Shown: positions 52,712 to 63,539, numbered from the stretch's first letter. The stretch: 64,000 nt of DNA from Nitrospirota bacterium (GCA_963663225.1 OY760142.1:1504001-1568000); one strand, 5' to 3'. The notes: generated from the sequence alone by a model not told the origin. A program made the numbers and translations.

Positions 52712-53173
52712 TTGAGACATATAGTGCGCAACACAAAAGATTTCTGGATCGGCCTCATCTATATCGCTATCGGATCTGCTGCCCTCATAATCAGCAGAGA
52801 CTATGGCATGGGTACGGCGGTGAGGATGGGGCCGGCCTATTTCCCCATCATACTCAGCGTTCTTTTGGTTACGATCGGGATAATTTCACTTATTCGTTCA
52901 TTTCTTAAACCAGGCGGTCCTGTCGGCGACTTTGCATGGAAAGGCTTTTTCTTCGTCATCGCGTCGACCATCCTGTTCGGTTTTATCGTTCGGGGAGCAG
53001 GATTGCTTATTGCGTTGCCTCTCCTGATAATCATCAGCTCCTGCGCAAGCACCCGTTTTCGCTGGCAGTACTCGCTGGCGTTGGCAGCCGGTGTGACCGT
53101 ATTTTGCATTTTGGTATTTCAAAAAGGGCTGGGAGTTCCGATTCCCATTGTGGGGCCATGGTTCGGACAATAG
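52712..53173 (+). CDS. tctB: Tripartite tricarboxylate transporter TctB
   Basis: MGPAYFP motif, multiple TMs, synteny. Confidence 0.88.
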   Translation: MRHIVRNTKDFWIGLIYIAIGSAALIISRDYGMGTAVRMGPAYFPIILSVLLVTIGIISLIRSFLKPGGPVGDFAWKGFFFVIASTILFGFIVRGAGLLIALPLLIIISSCASTRFRWQYSLALAAGVTVFCILVFQKGLGVPIPIVGPWFGQ

Positions 53174-53304
53174 CATTGGGAGGAGGACGCTCCGGCCAGC
53201 ATCGGGATTTTAACTTAAAGCATGGACAGCTGGATTTTTTGAAAAATTAAAAACTGGACGCTCGTGAAAATTCTAAGCGGAAGTGCTGAACGTAGCGAGG
53301 GACT

Positions 53305-54804
53305 ATGGATCTGATTGCCAATATTGGTTTGGGTCTGTCGACCGCATTAACGCCGACCAATCTGCTGTATTGTCTTATAGGTGTTTTTCTCGGAACCCTG
53401 ATTGGGGTGCTGCCAGGACTTGGGCCGACCGCAACGATTGCGATGCTGCTGCCTGTCACCTTTACGTTGCCGCCGGTTTCCGCACTCATCATGCTTGCTG
53501 GCATCTATTACGGCTCCCAATACGGTGGGTCTACAACATCCATTCTGGTCAATGTTCCGGGAGAGGCCGCTTCCGTAGTCACAGCGCTCGACGGATATCA
53601 GATGGCGCGCAAGGGACGTGCCGGAGTTGCCTTGGCTACCGCAGCAATCGGTTCCTTCTTTGCCGGCACGGTTTCGACAATCATCCTCGCTCTGTTTGCC
53701 CCGCCTCTGGCTGCTATTGCGCTTAAGTTTGGTCCTGCGGAATTTTTCTCTCTCATGGTTCTGGGACTCCTCGCTTCGATGGTCCTTGCGAGGGGATCGC
53801 TGCTGCATGCTACCGGAATGGTTGTTCTGGGACTGCTTCTGGGGCTGGTTGGGGCGGATGTCAACACCGGCACCCAGCGGTTTACCTTTGGCATACCGCA
53901 ACTTGCTGATGGCATCGGATTTGTGGTGGTTGCCATGGGCATGTTCGGCCTCGCGGAGATCATCCGCAACCTGGAGCATGAGGAGCAGCGATCAACAATC
54001 GTGAACAAAATTTCGAGTCTGATGCCGACCAGAGAGGACTGGAAACGCATCGTAGGTCCGATTCTGCGCGGAACCGGGATCGGGTCAGCGCTCGGCATAC
54101 TTCCCGGTAGCGGTTCCATTCTGGGGTCGTTTGCAGCGTATGCCATAGAAAAAAAAGTTTCGAAGCACGGCAAGGAATTCGGAACAGGGGCGATTGAGGG
54201 TGTTGCTGCACCGGAGTCGGCGAACAATGCCGGGGCCCAGACTTCCTTCATCCCGATGCTTACCCTGGGCATTCCTTCGAATCCTGTGATGGCGCTCATG
54301 ATTGGAGCGATGATCATTCAGGGGATTCAGCCCGGTCCTTCCGTGATCAACGAACAGCCGGTATTGTTTTGGGGCATCATCGTTTCCATGTGGATCGGCA
54401 ACCTCTTTCTTGTCATTCTTAACCTGCCTATGATCGGCATGTGGGTGCGCATTGTAAGCGTGCCCTATCAACTCCTTTTTCCGGCGATCCTGGTGTTCTG
54501 CGGCATCGGCGTATTCAGTTTGAATAATACCGAATTCGATATTTACCTCATGGCGTTGTTCGGCCTGCTCGGCTATATCTTCGTCAAATTGGACTGCGAG
54601 CCTGCTCCCATGCTGCTGGCGTTCATTCTTGGTCCGTTGATGGAGGAGTATATGCGCCGGGCGTTGCTGCTCTCGCGCGGCGATCCGATGATATTCCTTA
54701 CGCGTCCGATCAGCGCTACGCTGCTCGCGCTCGGCGCGCTCGCAATCGTTGCGGCCAGCCTCCCGATTTTTTATAAAAAACGCGAAGAAACATTTCGTGA
54801 ATAG
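53305..54804 (+). CDS. tctA: Tripartite tricarboxylate transporter TctA
   Basis: GVLPGLG, YGGSTTSIL, APESANNA, LTLGIP. Confidence 0.94.
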   Translation: MDLIANIGLGLSTALTPTNLLYCLIGVFLGTLIGVLPGLGPTATIAMLLPVTFTLPPVSALIMLAGIYYGSQYGGSTTSILVNVPGEAASVVTALDGYQMARKGRAGVALATAAIGSFFAGTVSTIILALFAPPLAAIALKFGPAEFFSLMVLGLLASMVLARGSLLHATGMVVLGLLLGLVGADVNTGTQRFTFGIPQLADGIGFVVVAMGMFGLAEIIRNLEHEEQRSTIVNKISSLMPTREDWKRIVGPILRGTGIGSALGILPGSGSILGSFAAYAIEKKVSKHGKEFGTGAIEGVAAPESANNAGAQTSFIPMLTLGIPSNPVMALMIGAMIIQGIQPGPSVINEQPVLFWGIIVSMWIGNLFLVILNLPMIGMWVRIVSVPYQLLFPAILVFCGIGVFSLNNTEFDIYLMALFGLLGYIFVKLDCEPAPMLLAFILGPLMEEYMRRALLLSRGDPMIFLTRPISATLLALGALAIVAASLPIFYKKREETFRE

Positions 54805-55029
54805 TAAACAATTTCTTTAAGTCCTCCCAGATGATCGTATTGTCTCATAAGTCTTCCGGTTTCATTTTTTTCAGAAAAAAACTCTTAAAATCCATCTAAC
54901 GCTTTGGCACTATTTTTGATCATTCTTTGTCTTTAGATCCTCCTCCCTGAGAATATTTACGATATAATAATAACCATAAACAACATCAGACAGACGAAAC
55001 TTCTGTTATGTTTCCCGAAAGGAAATGCC

Positions 55030-55464
55030 ATGAAAATACTGACAACGCCCAGAATGGAACGGTGCATCGGGTGCCATTCCTGCTCCCTGGCCTGTGCACG
55101 GCTGGTACACAAACGGCTGTCCTGGGACACTGCCGGTATTCGCATATCCTCATCCGGAGGACTCTCAACGGGATTTGAGGCCCGGACGTGCGTTGCCTGT
55201 GACCCAGCGCCGTGCGCCGCAGCCTGCCCTACAGGTGCATACTCGCAACGGAAAGACGGTGGCGTCATCGTGCGGAAAAATCTCTGCATACGATGCGGTG
55301 CATGCGAACGGGCCTGCCCCGTGGACGCGATTTACCGTGATTTCACCGGCGAGCCTTTTGTGTGCATCCACTGCGGCCGCTGCGTTCCGTTCTGTCCGCA
55401 CGACTGCCTTGAGTTGGGGGAAGCCGGAACCAGAACAGCGGCGGAGAAGGGGGCGGCGTCATGA
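55030..55464 (+). CDS. 4Fe-4S ferredoxin subunit (AOR partner)
   Basis: Four Cys clusters; overlaps the AOR start. Confidence 0.88.
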   Translation: MKILTTPRMERCIGCHSCSLACARLVHKRLSWDTAGIRISSSGGLSTGFEARTCVACDPAPCAAACPTGAYSQRKDGGVIVRKNLCIRCGACERACPVDAIYRDFTGEPFVCIHCGRCVPFCPHDCLELGEAGTRTAAEKGAAS

Positions 55465-57200
55465 TCAGAAATCAATTCAGGGTGCTTGTTGTTGATCTGG
55501 CCACCGGGAAGGGCAACATCATCATGGTTGACGGAAGAGACAGCGTGGCCGGCGGCAGCGGACTTGCGGCGCTTTTGTTCGGCAAGTATGGCTATCCGGA
55601 TCGTCCGTGGAGCGACGCGGAACAGCCGCTTATTTTTGCTATCGGTCCGCTTACCGGCTACTTTCCGCTCATGAGCAAGACCGTATGTGCGTTCAAGTCG
55701 CCATATCACGACCAGTATGCCGAAAGCCACGGCGGCGGCCGTTCCGCACTTTCACTCCGTTTTGCCGATCTGGACGCGCTCGTGATTACGGGCAAGGCCG
55801 CGCGACCGTCCGCCTTGTCGGTGGGATCACGGCACTTGGAAGTAAAAGAAGTCCACTATCTCTGGGGCAAGGATCTTTTTTATACCGGGAAAATGCTGCG
55901 CAAAATGTTCACCGGTACAGGACATCGGAGCATTCTGCGCATCGGACCCGCGGGTGAGACCGGCTCTGCCATGGCAGGCATCAATGTGGATTCCTACCGC
56001 CATTTCGGCAGGCTCGGCGGCGGCGCGGTCATGGGCAACAAGAACCTGAAAGCTATTGTGATACAGGGTGACGGAAGTTTTCCTCTCATGGACTCCACGG
56101 AGTATCCGAAGCTGTTCCAAGAAGTCCATACCAAACTGACGGATACGGACATGATGAGCAAATACCACAATCTCGGTACGCCGGTGAATGTTGCGGTGCT
56201 GAATCAGATCAAGGCGCTCCCTATCCGCAACCTTCAGCAGACTTTCGATCCGGACATCGGCGGTATTACCGGAGAAAAGTTTGCAGAGGCGGCGCTGCTC
56301 AGAAATGCCGCGTGTTCCGGCTGCCCTGTGGGGTGCATTCATATTGGTTTTGTCCGGGAACGATTCCAGGAAGAGAACCAGTATCTCTACCGTCAGGTTC
56401 CGTATGACCATGAACCGATTTTTGCCGTGGGAGCCATGCTTTCGGTTAAAAACTGCTTTGCAGTGCTCGGGCTTCTTGACGTGGTGGAGAAGATGGGGCT
56501 CGATGTAATGTCTGCCGGCGTAGCGCTTGCGTGGGCGACGGAAGCCATGGAAAAAGCCCTCATCACCACGCGGGAGACCATCGTTCCTCTTGCATTCGGC
56601 AACACGGAAGGATACAAAAAAGCAGTGGAGCATCTCGCGTACGGTTCGAATGAGTTTTATCGGATTCTCGCGCAGGGAACTCTGAAGGCGGCAGAACACT
56701 ATGGCGGAAAAGATTTTGCCTGTGTCCTTGGGCAAGAAATGGGCGGATACGCAACCGGCGAGGTTTTCTTTACATCTCAGGCGCTCGGGTTCCGGCACTC
56801 CCATCTCGACACGGCTGGATATACATACGATCAGAAGCAGACGGACAAAGATGTTCCGAAAGCTGTGGACTTTTTGATCAAAGACGAGCAGGGCCGAGTG
56901 TTTCTTACGTCCATGGTTTCCTGTCTTTTTGCCCGCAATGTATATTCAGATGATTTGCTCGCAGCCTGCTTAAAATCAGTAGGCTACAGCACGCTTGCTG
57001 ACAACATCGGTGCGGTCTCACGAAGCATACAGGCGCTCCGCTGGAAGACTCGTTTAGCGACCGGGTTCAAACCGGAAACAGTGACTATACCAAAACGTTT
57101 TTCAGAACTGACTACCTGGAAAGGGTCGATTGATACTGCGTACATGCAGGGACTCATGAATGCCTATAGCCAGCGTATTCTTGCGTTGGGCAGGGAGTAA
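55461..57200 (+). CDS. Aldehyde:ferredoxin oxidoreductase family (W/Mo pterin)
   Basis: KSP...ES.GGG, GRLGGGAVMGNKNLKAI, CSGCPVGC, GLDVMSAG. Confidence 0.92.
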   Translation: MIRNQFRVLVVDLATGKGNIIMVDGRDSVAGGSGLAALLFGKYGYPDRPWSDAEQPLIFAIGPLTGYFPLMSKTVCAFKSPYHDQYAESHGGGRSALSLRFADLDALVITGKAARPSALSVGSRHLEVKEVHYLWGKDLFYTGKMLRKMFTGTGHRSILRIGPAGETGSAMAGINVDSYRHFGRLGGGAVMGNKNLKAIVIQGDGSFPLMDSTEYPKLFQEVHTKLTDTDMMSKYHNLGTPVNVAVLNQIKALPIRNLQQTFDPDIGGITGEKFAEAALLRNAACSGCPVGCIHIGFVRERFQEENQYLYRQVPYDHEPIFAVGAMLSVKNCFAVLGLLDVVEKMGLDVMSAGVALAWATEAMEKALITTRETIVPLAFGNTEGYKKAVEHLAYGSNEFYRILAQGTLKAAEHYGGKDFACVLGQEMGGYATGEVFFTSQALGFRHSHLDTAGYTYDQKQTDKDVPKAVDFLIKDEQGRVFLTSMVSCLFARNVYSDDLLAACLKSVGYSTLADNIGAVSRSIQALRWKTRLATGFKPETVTIPKRFSELTTWKGSIDTAYMQGLMNAYSQRILALGRE

Positions 57201-57337
57201 AAATAAAGTTGTGCCGGTGATGTGCCACTATGTCGTGTGGCTATCCCTGCCTTGACTTGCAGCCTATATGACTGCCTAAAGAAATCGTTGTTTGCCTAAT
57301 AACTCAATTGATGCTTTGTATCACAAGCCTCTTGCTG

Positions 57338-57721
57338 TTATTGAGCATACTGTGCGATGCCGTTGCCGAATGACCAGTTCTCTTTCTTGACTTCAACAAG
57401 GTTGATCAGGACATCTTCCATCCGTACGCCCAGTTCAGCGTGCAATCGCTCGGCAATGATTTTATACAGAGCCTTTTTTGCCTCTGTAGTGCGTCCTTCA
57501 TTCAATGTTATTTGTACTACTATGATTCCGTCAGTGCGCCGAATATCAAGATAGCCAGGATCATAGATCAGGCTGTCTGCATCGTGTTCCGTAATGATCT
57601 GAAAATGGTCGTTTCGGGGAACGTTGATTGTTTCGAGCATGGCATTGTAGACGATTTCTCCGGCCTTCCTGCCGAATGAATGCGGTTTTCCCTTCCTGAG
57701 CGAAATGTGAACGAGCGGCAT
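57338..57721 (-). CDS. Tautomerase family protein
   Basis: N-terminal Pro (MPLVHI), GRT..K, ENWSFGNG. Confidence 0.88.
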   Translation of the reverse strand: MPLVHISLRKGKPHSFGRKAGEIVYNAMLETINVPRNDHFQIITEHDADSLIYDPGYLDIRRTDGIIVVQITLNEGRTTEAKKALYKIIAERLHAELGVRMEDVLINLVEVKKENWSFGNGIAQYAQ

Positions 57722-57977
57722 TTTCAACCTCCTGTCTGAAATAATATATTGTCAAATAGAGATTATCTGAGCATATTTTTTCTGTACATGCACAAGTGCT
57801 TGCGATTTTTTCATTGTTAACACTATAGCACAAAATGAACGGTTCGACGTCGCTCGGGCACTATTTTGAACTTGCGTTTTGGAAATAAATAGACTATTTT
57901 TTTATCAAAGCATGCGCAGGCTCAAAATTTCCGAACACTGGTCGGGTTGAATTCTATTCAGGGATAGAGGGATTCGT

Positions 57978-59348
57978 ATGAAATCAAAGATTAAAACCGT
58001 TTATGTGTGCCAGTCCTGCGGAACCCAGTCGCCGCGATGGATGGGAAAGTGCCCGGATTGCGGCCAGTGGAACACCATGGTAGAGGAGCGTTTTGAGAAA
58101 CCTAAGGACGTTGGTGCTGCAAAGCAAGGAAATGGTTCGGAACCGCTTCTTCTGGGTGATATTCAGGCTCGCGACGAAGACCGGTTTGTTACGAGAATCG
58201 GTGAGCTTGACCGGGTGCTGGGCGGTGGAATAGTTTCCGGTTCGGTGGTGCTGGTCGGCGGCGATCCCGGAATAGGGAAATCCACGCTTGTGCTCCAGAT
58301 GCTGAGACAGGTATCCGAGCTTCGGGGCAAGGCGCTTTATGTTTCCGGCGAAGAATCGCCCGCACAGATCAAAATGCGCGCACTGCGGCTCGGTGTGAAA
58401 ACGGACAATCTCTATATACTTGCGGAAACACAGCTTGAAGACATTCTGCATGCCGCGGACGGACTGCAGCCGCAGGTGCTTGTTGTCGATTCCGTGCAGA
58501 CGGTTTATACATCCGAGCTTCCCTCGGCGCCGGGCAGTGTGGGACAGGTGCGCGAAGTATCAGGCCGGCTTATGCTGTATGCAAAACGCACGGGCGTCCC
58601 GACCTTTCTGATCGGACATGTGACCAAAGACGGCGCCATTGCCGGACCACGCGTGCTGGAGCACATCGTCGACACGGTCTTGTATTTTGAGGGAGACAAG
58701 GGACATTCCTTCCGCATTCTGCGCGCGGTGAAAAACCGTTTTGGCTCCACGAACGAGATCGGTGTTTTTGAAATGAAGGAAAGCGGACTTGCGGAAGTTG
58801 CAAATCCGTCGGAGATATTTCTCGCCGAACGTCCGGCGGACGCCACCGGCTCGGTGGTGGTTTCCTCGCTGGAAGGGAGCCGCCCCATCCTGGCCGAACT
58901 GCAGGCGCTGGTTGCGCCGTCAAAACTTGCGATGCCGCGCAGGACCTGCATCGGAGTGGATTTCAACCGGGTTTCGCTCCTGCTGGCAGTCCTGGAAAAA
59001 CGCATAGGCATGCATCTTATGGGCATGGACGTGTTCGTAAACGTGGTGGGCGGACTTGCGGTTGACGAGCCCGCGGTTGATCTCGGCATCGTCGCCGCGA
59101 TTGCATCAAGCTTTCGTGAGAAGCCCATTCACGCGCAAACCGTGGTCATGGGGGAAGTTGGCCTGACGGGTGAAATACGCGGAATCAGCCAGGCTGAAGC
59201 AAGAATCAAGGACGCGGCAAAGCTGGGATTTACGCGATGCATTCTGCCGGCGCTGAATGTGGAAAAAATGGAAAAATCCGCTGCGTTAAAAAAAATGGAA
59301 CTTCTCGGGGTTCGCTCCGTGGAAGAAGCCATGGAGCGTCTGTTTTAG
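57978..59348 (+). CDS. radA: DNA repair protein RadA/Sms
   Basis: C4 zinc finger, GDPGIGKST, KNRFG. Confidence 0.97.
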   Translation: MKSKIKTVYVCQSCGTQSPRWMGKCPDCGQWNTMVEERFEKPKDVGAAKQGNGSEPLLLGDIQARDEDRFVTRIGELDRVLGGGIVSGSVVLVGGDPGIGKSTLVLQMLRQVSELRGKALYVSGEESPAQIKMRALRLGVKTDNLYILAETQLEDILHAADGLQPQVLVVDSVQTVYTSELPSAPGSVGQVREVSGRLMLYAKRTGVPTFLIGHVTKDGAIAGPRVLEHIVDTVLYFEGDKGHSFRILRAVKNRFGSTNEIGVFEMKESGLAEVANPSEIFLAERPADATGSVVVSSLEGSRPILAELQALVAPSKLAMPRRTCIGVDFNRVSLLLAVLEKRIGMHLMGMDVFVNVVGGLAVDEPAVDLGIVAAIASSFREKPIHAQTVVMGEVGLTGEIRGISQAEARIKDAAKLGFTRCILPALNVEKMEKSAALKKMELLGVRSVEEAMERLF

Positions 59349-59361
59349 CAAAGGCAACCGT

Positions 59362-61278
59362 ATGAGCAAAATCACTTTTTTCATTCCTTACCCGGAAATT
59401 ATTCCCGTCGTGGAAGATGTTTTCCAGGAGCAGGGCACGGACGGCTGGGAGCTGGAAATTGTTTTGTCCAAGTTTGTGCGTGAAATCGCGGACTGGAAAG
59501 ACACGGGCACGGACGTTTTGATCGCCCGCGGCGTGACAGCCGCCGCCCTGAAAAAGATCGTGCGGGGCACGCCTGTGGTGGAGTTGCCGGTAAGCGGCTA
59601 CGAAGTAATGCGGGCCATTTGGGAATGTCAGAAAAAATACGCGCCCCGGAAGATTGCGATCGTCGGTTCCCGCGACATGATCTACGGTGTCAAGAAGATC
59701 GAAGAAATAATCGGAATAGAACTTATGGTGGTGGAAGTGCAGCATGAAGATGAGGCCGAGTCGGTCCTTCAGGCGGTAAAGGACAGCGGTGTTTCGGTAA
59801 TTATCGGCGGAGTCATGTCCACCTGGGTGGCAAAACGGATCGGTCTGCAGGCAGAGTTCATTCAGATAGGACAGGACGCAATATACCGGGCCTTGAGCGA
59901 AGCGAAGAGGGTTGCGCTCGTGCGACGGCAGGAACAGGAGCGGGGAGAGCAGTTTCGCGCGATTCTGGAGTATTCAACCGAAGGTGTTGTCGCCGTCGAT
60001 GCGGACGGCGTCATTAATCTGATCAACGCGGCAGCCGTGAAATTGGCGAATGTGAACGAAGAGGCGGTCGGCCTCCCCGTGGACAATGTTTTTCCGCAAC
60101 TGGGCCTGACGAAAGCTCTGGAGTCCGGGCGCGCGGAATTGGGAGAAATTGAAACAATAAACGGACAGCCGATGGCTGTTAATCGGGTCCCGTTTTCCAT
60201 CGGCGGCCAGGCGGTCGGCGCGGTGGCAACATTTCAGCCGGTGAGCGTGATCCAGGAACTGGAAGGCAAGATCCGGCGAAAGGTCTATCAGCGCGGCCAT
60301 GTGGCGAAACTGACCGCATCCAACATTCTGGGCAAAAGTCCTGCGATACAGCGCGCAATAGCCATTGCAAAAGAGTTCAGTGATATAAACTCAACCGTGC
60401 TTATTATGGGAGAAACAGGCACGGGCAAGGAAATATTTGCCCAAAGCATTCACAATGCAAGCGGCCGCAAAAAAGGCCCGTTTGTTGCTGTCAACTGCGC
60501 GGCCCTGCCGGAAAATCTTCTGGAGAGCGAATTGTTCGGTTACACGGAGGGGGCTTTTACCGGGGCGGCGCGCGGCGGAAAAATCGGCCTGTTTGAATTG
60601 GCCCATATGGGGACGATATTCCTGGATGAAATTTCGGAAATATCGCATAAGCTACAGGGCCGTTTGCTGCGGGTGCTGCAGGAACGGGAAATAATGCGCC
60701 TTGGCGACGACAAGCTGATCCCGATCAATGTGCGTGTTATTGCTGCCACGAACCAGGACTTGTATCGCTTGATGCGGAAAGGTCTTTTTCGCGAAGATCT
60801 TTATTACCGGGTTGATATCCTCCGGCTTGTTCTGCCGCCGCTCAGGGAGCGCCGTGAGGACATTATTCCGCTGCTGCATCATTTTTTGAAAGAATATTGC
60901 CACCACTTCAATAAAAAATTCCGGGATATCAGCCCAGAAGCCCAGCGGCTGTTTCAAGACTATTACTGGCCGGGCAATGTCAGAGAACTGCGGAATGTCG
61001 CGGAGCGCCTGGCGGCGCTCAGCCGGAGCGGCGTGATAGAGCCTGAAGATGTCGAGGGGATGTTCGCACAATCACCCGATCAAGCGCATGCCGCTGTGCC
61101 GGTGTCCGGGGTTGAATCCGCGTTGATGTACACGGCCGGCGGCACGGACCTGAACCGTACGCTGCTCATGAAGGCTCTGGAAGAGTCTCATTATCATTAC
61201 GGAAAAGCCGCGGCTAAACTGGGTATCAGCAGAACCACTCTCTGGCGTCGACTTAAAGAAAACGATTCTCGGAAGTAG
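59362..61278 (+). CDS. PrpR-type sigma-54 activator (PrpR_N-PAS-AAA-HTH)
   Basis: DVLIARG N-domain, PAS, GETGTGKE, GAFTGA, LGISRTTLWRRL. Confidence 0.92.
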   Translation: MSKITFFIPYPEIIPVVEDVFQEQGTDGWELEIVLSKFVREIADWKDTGTDVLIARGVTAAALKKIVRGTPVVELPVSGYEVMRAIWECQKKYAPRKIAIVGSRDMIYGVKKIEEIIGIELMVVEVQHEDEAESVLQAVKDSGVSVIIGGVMSTWVAKRIGLQAEFIQIGQDAIYRALSEAKRVALVRRQEQERGEQFRAILEYSTEGVVAVDADGVINLINAAAVKLANVNEEAVGLPVDNVFPQLGLTKALESGRAELGEIETINGQPMAVNRVPFSIGGQAVGAVATFQPVSVIQELEGKIRRKVYQRGHVAKLTASNILGKSPAIQRAIAIAKEFSDINSTVLIMGETGTGKEIFAQSIHNASGRKKGPFVAVNCAALPENLLESELFGYTEGAFTGAARGGKIGLFELAHMGTIFLDEISEISHKLQGRLLRVLQEREIMRLGDDKLIPINVRVIAATNQDLYRLMRKGLFREDLYYRVDILRLVLPPLRERREDIIPLLHHFLKEYCHHFNKKFRDISPEAQRLFQDYYWPGNVRELRNVAERLAALSRSGVIEPEDVEGMFAQSPDQAHAAVPVSGVESALMYTAGGTDLNRTLLMKALEESHYHYGKAAAKLGISRTTLWRRLKENDSRK

Positions 61279-61503
61279 TTTAAACCAAATCCCTATAATC
61301 TTTCCTGGACTTACCTCTCTTCCTTTTTCAGGGTACCTGCCGCCTATGGATTGTCTTTAGTAAAGATATATTTGCTGAATACTTTTCATGAGTAATGAAA
61401 CATTTGAAACATATGAAACGTAATCATTTTGCTGTTTCTGTAAAAAGTACGTATGGCCAGATATTTTTGTAATATATTCAAATAGTTATGTATGTATCTG
61501 GAT

Positions 61504-61519
61504 TGGTATTGTTTTTGCT
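61504..61519 (+). promoter_or_regulatory. Sigma-54 -24/-12 promoter
   Basis: TGGTAT-TGTTT-TTGCT directly downstream of the activator gene. Confidence 0.7.
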
Positions 61520-61562
61520 CATACAGGAATGGCATCAAGCTATTGCAGAAAGGAGAAAAGCA

Positions 61563-62309
61563 GTGAAAGTAGACGAAACCAAATGCGTAGGATGTGGTCG
61601 TTGCGTTGCATACTGCACCATGGGAGCAATCGGTTTTACCAGTGACAACCATGGCCGGATATGCGCTCGCGTTGATCAGGAAGAATGCGTGGACTGCGGC
61701 GTATGCTATCGGGCCGAGGTTTGTACAGGCAAGGCACTTTACGAACCGATGCCGGAATGGCCCCGGTCCGTACGCGGTACTTTCAGCAATCCGCTTGTGG
61801 AGCACAAGGAAACTCGAGTGCCCGGGCGGGGAACCGAGGAAATGAAAACCAATGACATTACCGGCCGTTTTAAGTTTGGGGAAGCCGGAATGGCGATTGA
61901 GATGGGACGGCCGAGCACAGGGGCGCGTTTTTCCGACATCGAGAAGGTTGCCATGGCTATCGCATCGCTGGGAGGCATAGTTTTCGAACCGAGGAATCCC
62001 GTGACGACGCTCATGGTTGATAAAAACGCCGGCAAGATGAATCCGGAAATCATGAATGAAAAAGTTTTGTCCGCAATTATCGAGATGACCGTTCCCCTGG
62101 GACGGGTCCAGGAGATAATTGCAGCCGTAAAAAAAGTGACGAAGGAGATTTCCACGGTATGCAGTTTTGACCTCACTTGCAAGGTTCATCAGGGAGATGC
62201 GACTCCTGCTTTTGACCTGGCCCTGGCAGCCGGTGTGAAGCCGACGCCCAACGGAAAAACGAACATCGGGCTCGGGAAACCGTTCTTTGTTGAGGAGGCA
62301 GCGCGATGA
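61563..62309 (+). CDS. 2x[4Fe-4S] ferredoxin-domain protein of unknown function
   Basis: CVGCGRCVAYC, CVDCGVC...C, then PGRGTEEMKTND domain; GTG after AGGAG. Confidence 0.8.
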   Translation: MKVDETKCVGCGRCVAYCTMGAIGFTSDNHGRICARVDQEECVDCGVCYRAEVCTGKALYEPMPEWPRSVRGTFSNPLVEHKETRVPGRGTEEMKTNDITGRFKFGEAGMAIEMGRPSTGARFSDIEKVAMAIASLGGIVFEPRNPVTTLMVDKNAGKMNPEIMNEKVLSAIIEMTVPLGRVQEIIAAVKKVTKEISTVCSFDLTCKVHQGDATPAFDLALAAGVKPTPNGKTNIGLGKPFFVEEAAR

Positions 62310-62947
62310 GCCATACATTACATCGGCGGGGAACACGGGAGAGTCTGAAGAAAGATTTTGTTCTGTTTGCCATGTCGGCAAAAGGCATTAACGAAGTGGG
62401 GTCCAATACGAAGCTGAAACGGTTCCTTGAAATCGTGAGCGAATATGGCCCGGTGAATGTCGGCGACATGAGAACGGGAAACAGCTTTATAACCCCCCAG
62501 CAGGAGATTGTCAACAAGACACGCGATACATCCATCGTGCATGGCGTATTCGACAACCGGGAGTCGCTCATCAAGGCGATGAAGGCGTTGAAAGATGAAG
62601 ATCTGGGCATCTCCGTGATCGTGTCCGGCCTTTTCGACGAGGTCCAGGAGTGCTGCAAGCAGGCCGGCGTCAAACGGCATACGTGCGAAACGTCTCTCGG
62701 CATTTGGGGGAAGACGGAGCGGCTGCCCGACGAAGATATTCTTCGGTTCACGACTATGTGCGGGCATGGCCAGGTGCCGTTTAATCTGGTCAGAAAGATG
62801 ATTGCCGATATCAAAGAAGGTAAACGGACGGTTCAGGAGGCGGCGGTGGAGTTGGCAAAACCCTGCCAGTGTGGAGTCCTTAATCCCAATCGCGCCGCAG
62901 AGATGCTTGAAGAAATACTGTGCCTGTGGGGCATACGGGTCTCTTAA
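62306..62947 (+). CDS. Conserved Cys-rich hypothetical protein
   Basis: MSHTLHRRG, TMCGHG, CQCG motifs; translationally coupled (ATGA). Confidence 0.75.
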   Translation: MSHTLHRRGTRESLKKDFVLFAMSAKGINEVGSNTKLKRFLEIVSEYGPVNVGDMRTGNSFITPQQEIVNKTRDTSIVHGVFDNRESLIKAMKALKDEDLGISVIVSGLFDEVQECCKQAGVKRHTCETSLGIWGKTERLPDEDILRFTTMCGHGQVPFNLVRKMIADIKEGKRTVQEAAVELAKPCQCGVLNPNRAAEMLEEILCLWGIRVS

Positions 62948-62980
62948 GAGCAAGGCGACTGTTTACAGGTGGAGGGAATA

Positions 62981-63535
62981 ATGAAACGTATCTGGGTGGA
63001 CCGGGAAAAATGCCTGGGTTGTAAAACTTGCGAATTGCAGTGCGCAGTGGAGCGAAATTCAGTAACCAAAAAGCTGTTCGACGCGGTACGGGAGAACCCA
63101 AAGCCGGTAGCGCGTGTCGGGGTTTTCGGACCGAGCGGGGCGAGTTTTCCGCTCCAGTGTCGCCATTGTCAGGACGCCACCTGCTTGATGGCCTGCCCTG
63201 CGGGCGCAATGCAGCGGGATCCGGAAACAGGGACGACGTTCGTTGCCCAGGACAAGTGCAGGGGCTGCTGGATGTGTGTTATGTCCTGCCCCTTCGGCAC
63301 GGTAACTCCGTCGGCAAAATACAAAGTAGCGATGAAATGTGATGCCTGTGCGCATATGGAGCAGCCTGCCTGCGTCGCGTCCTGTCCGACCGGCGCGCTC
63401 GTCTATGGCGATGAGGAGGCGTATGCGAAGGTACTGGCTGTAAAGCGGGGCAACATAGCTGTTTTCGTCAATTCGACAGCGCCGCAAGGGCGGTCGAAGG
63501 CGCTCAGTTTGGACTTTTCAAAGGAGGATAAATAA
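62981..63535 (+). CDS. CooF-like 4x[4Fe-4S] electron transfer protein
   Basis: CLGCKTCELQC, CRHC...C...CP, CRGCWMC...CP, KCDAC...C...CP. Confidence 0.85.
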   Translation: MKRIWVDREKCLGCKTCELQCAVERNSVTKKLFDAVRENPKPVARVGVFGPSGASFPLQCRHCQDATCLMACPAGAMQRDPETGTTFVAQDKCRGCWMCVMSCPFGTVTPSAKYKVAMKCDACAHMEQPACVASCPTGALVYGDEEAYAKVLAVKRGNIAVFVNSTAPQGRSKALSLDFSKEDK

Positions 63536-63539
63536 TCTT

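Noticed and set aside
61530-61547. Second sigma-54 motif TGGCATCAAGCTATTGCA
   Set aside because: GG-to-GC spacing is 12 rather than 10
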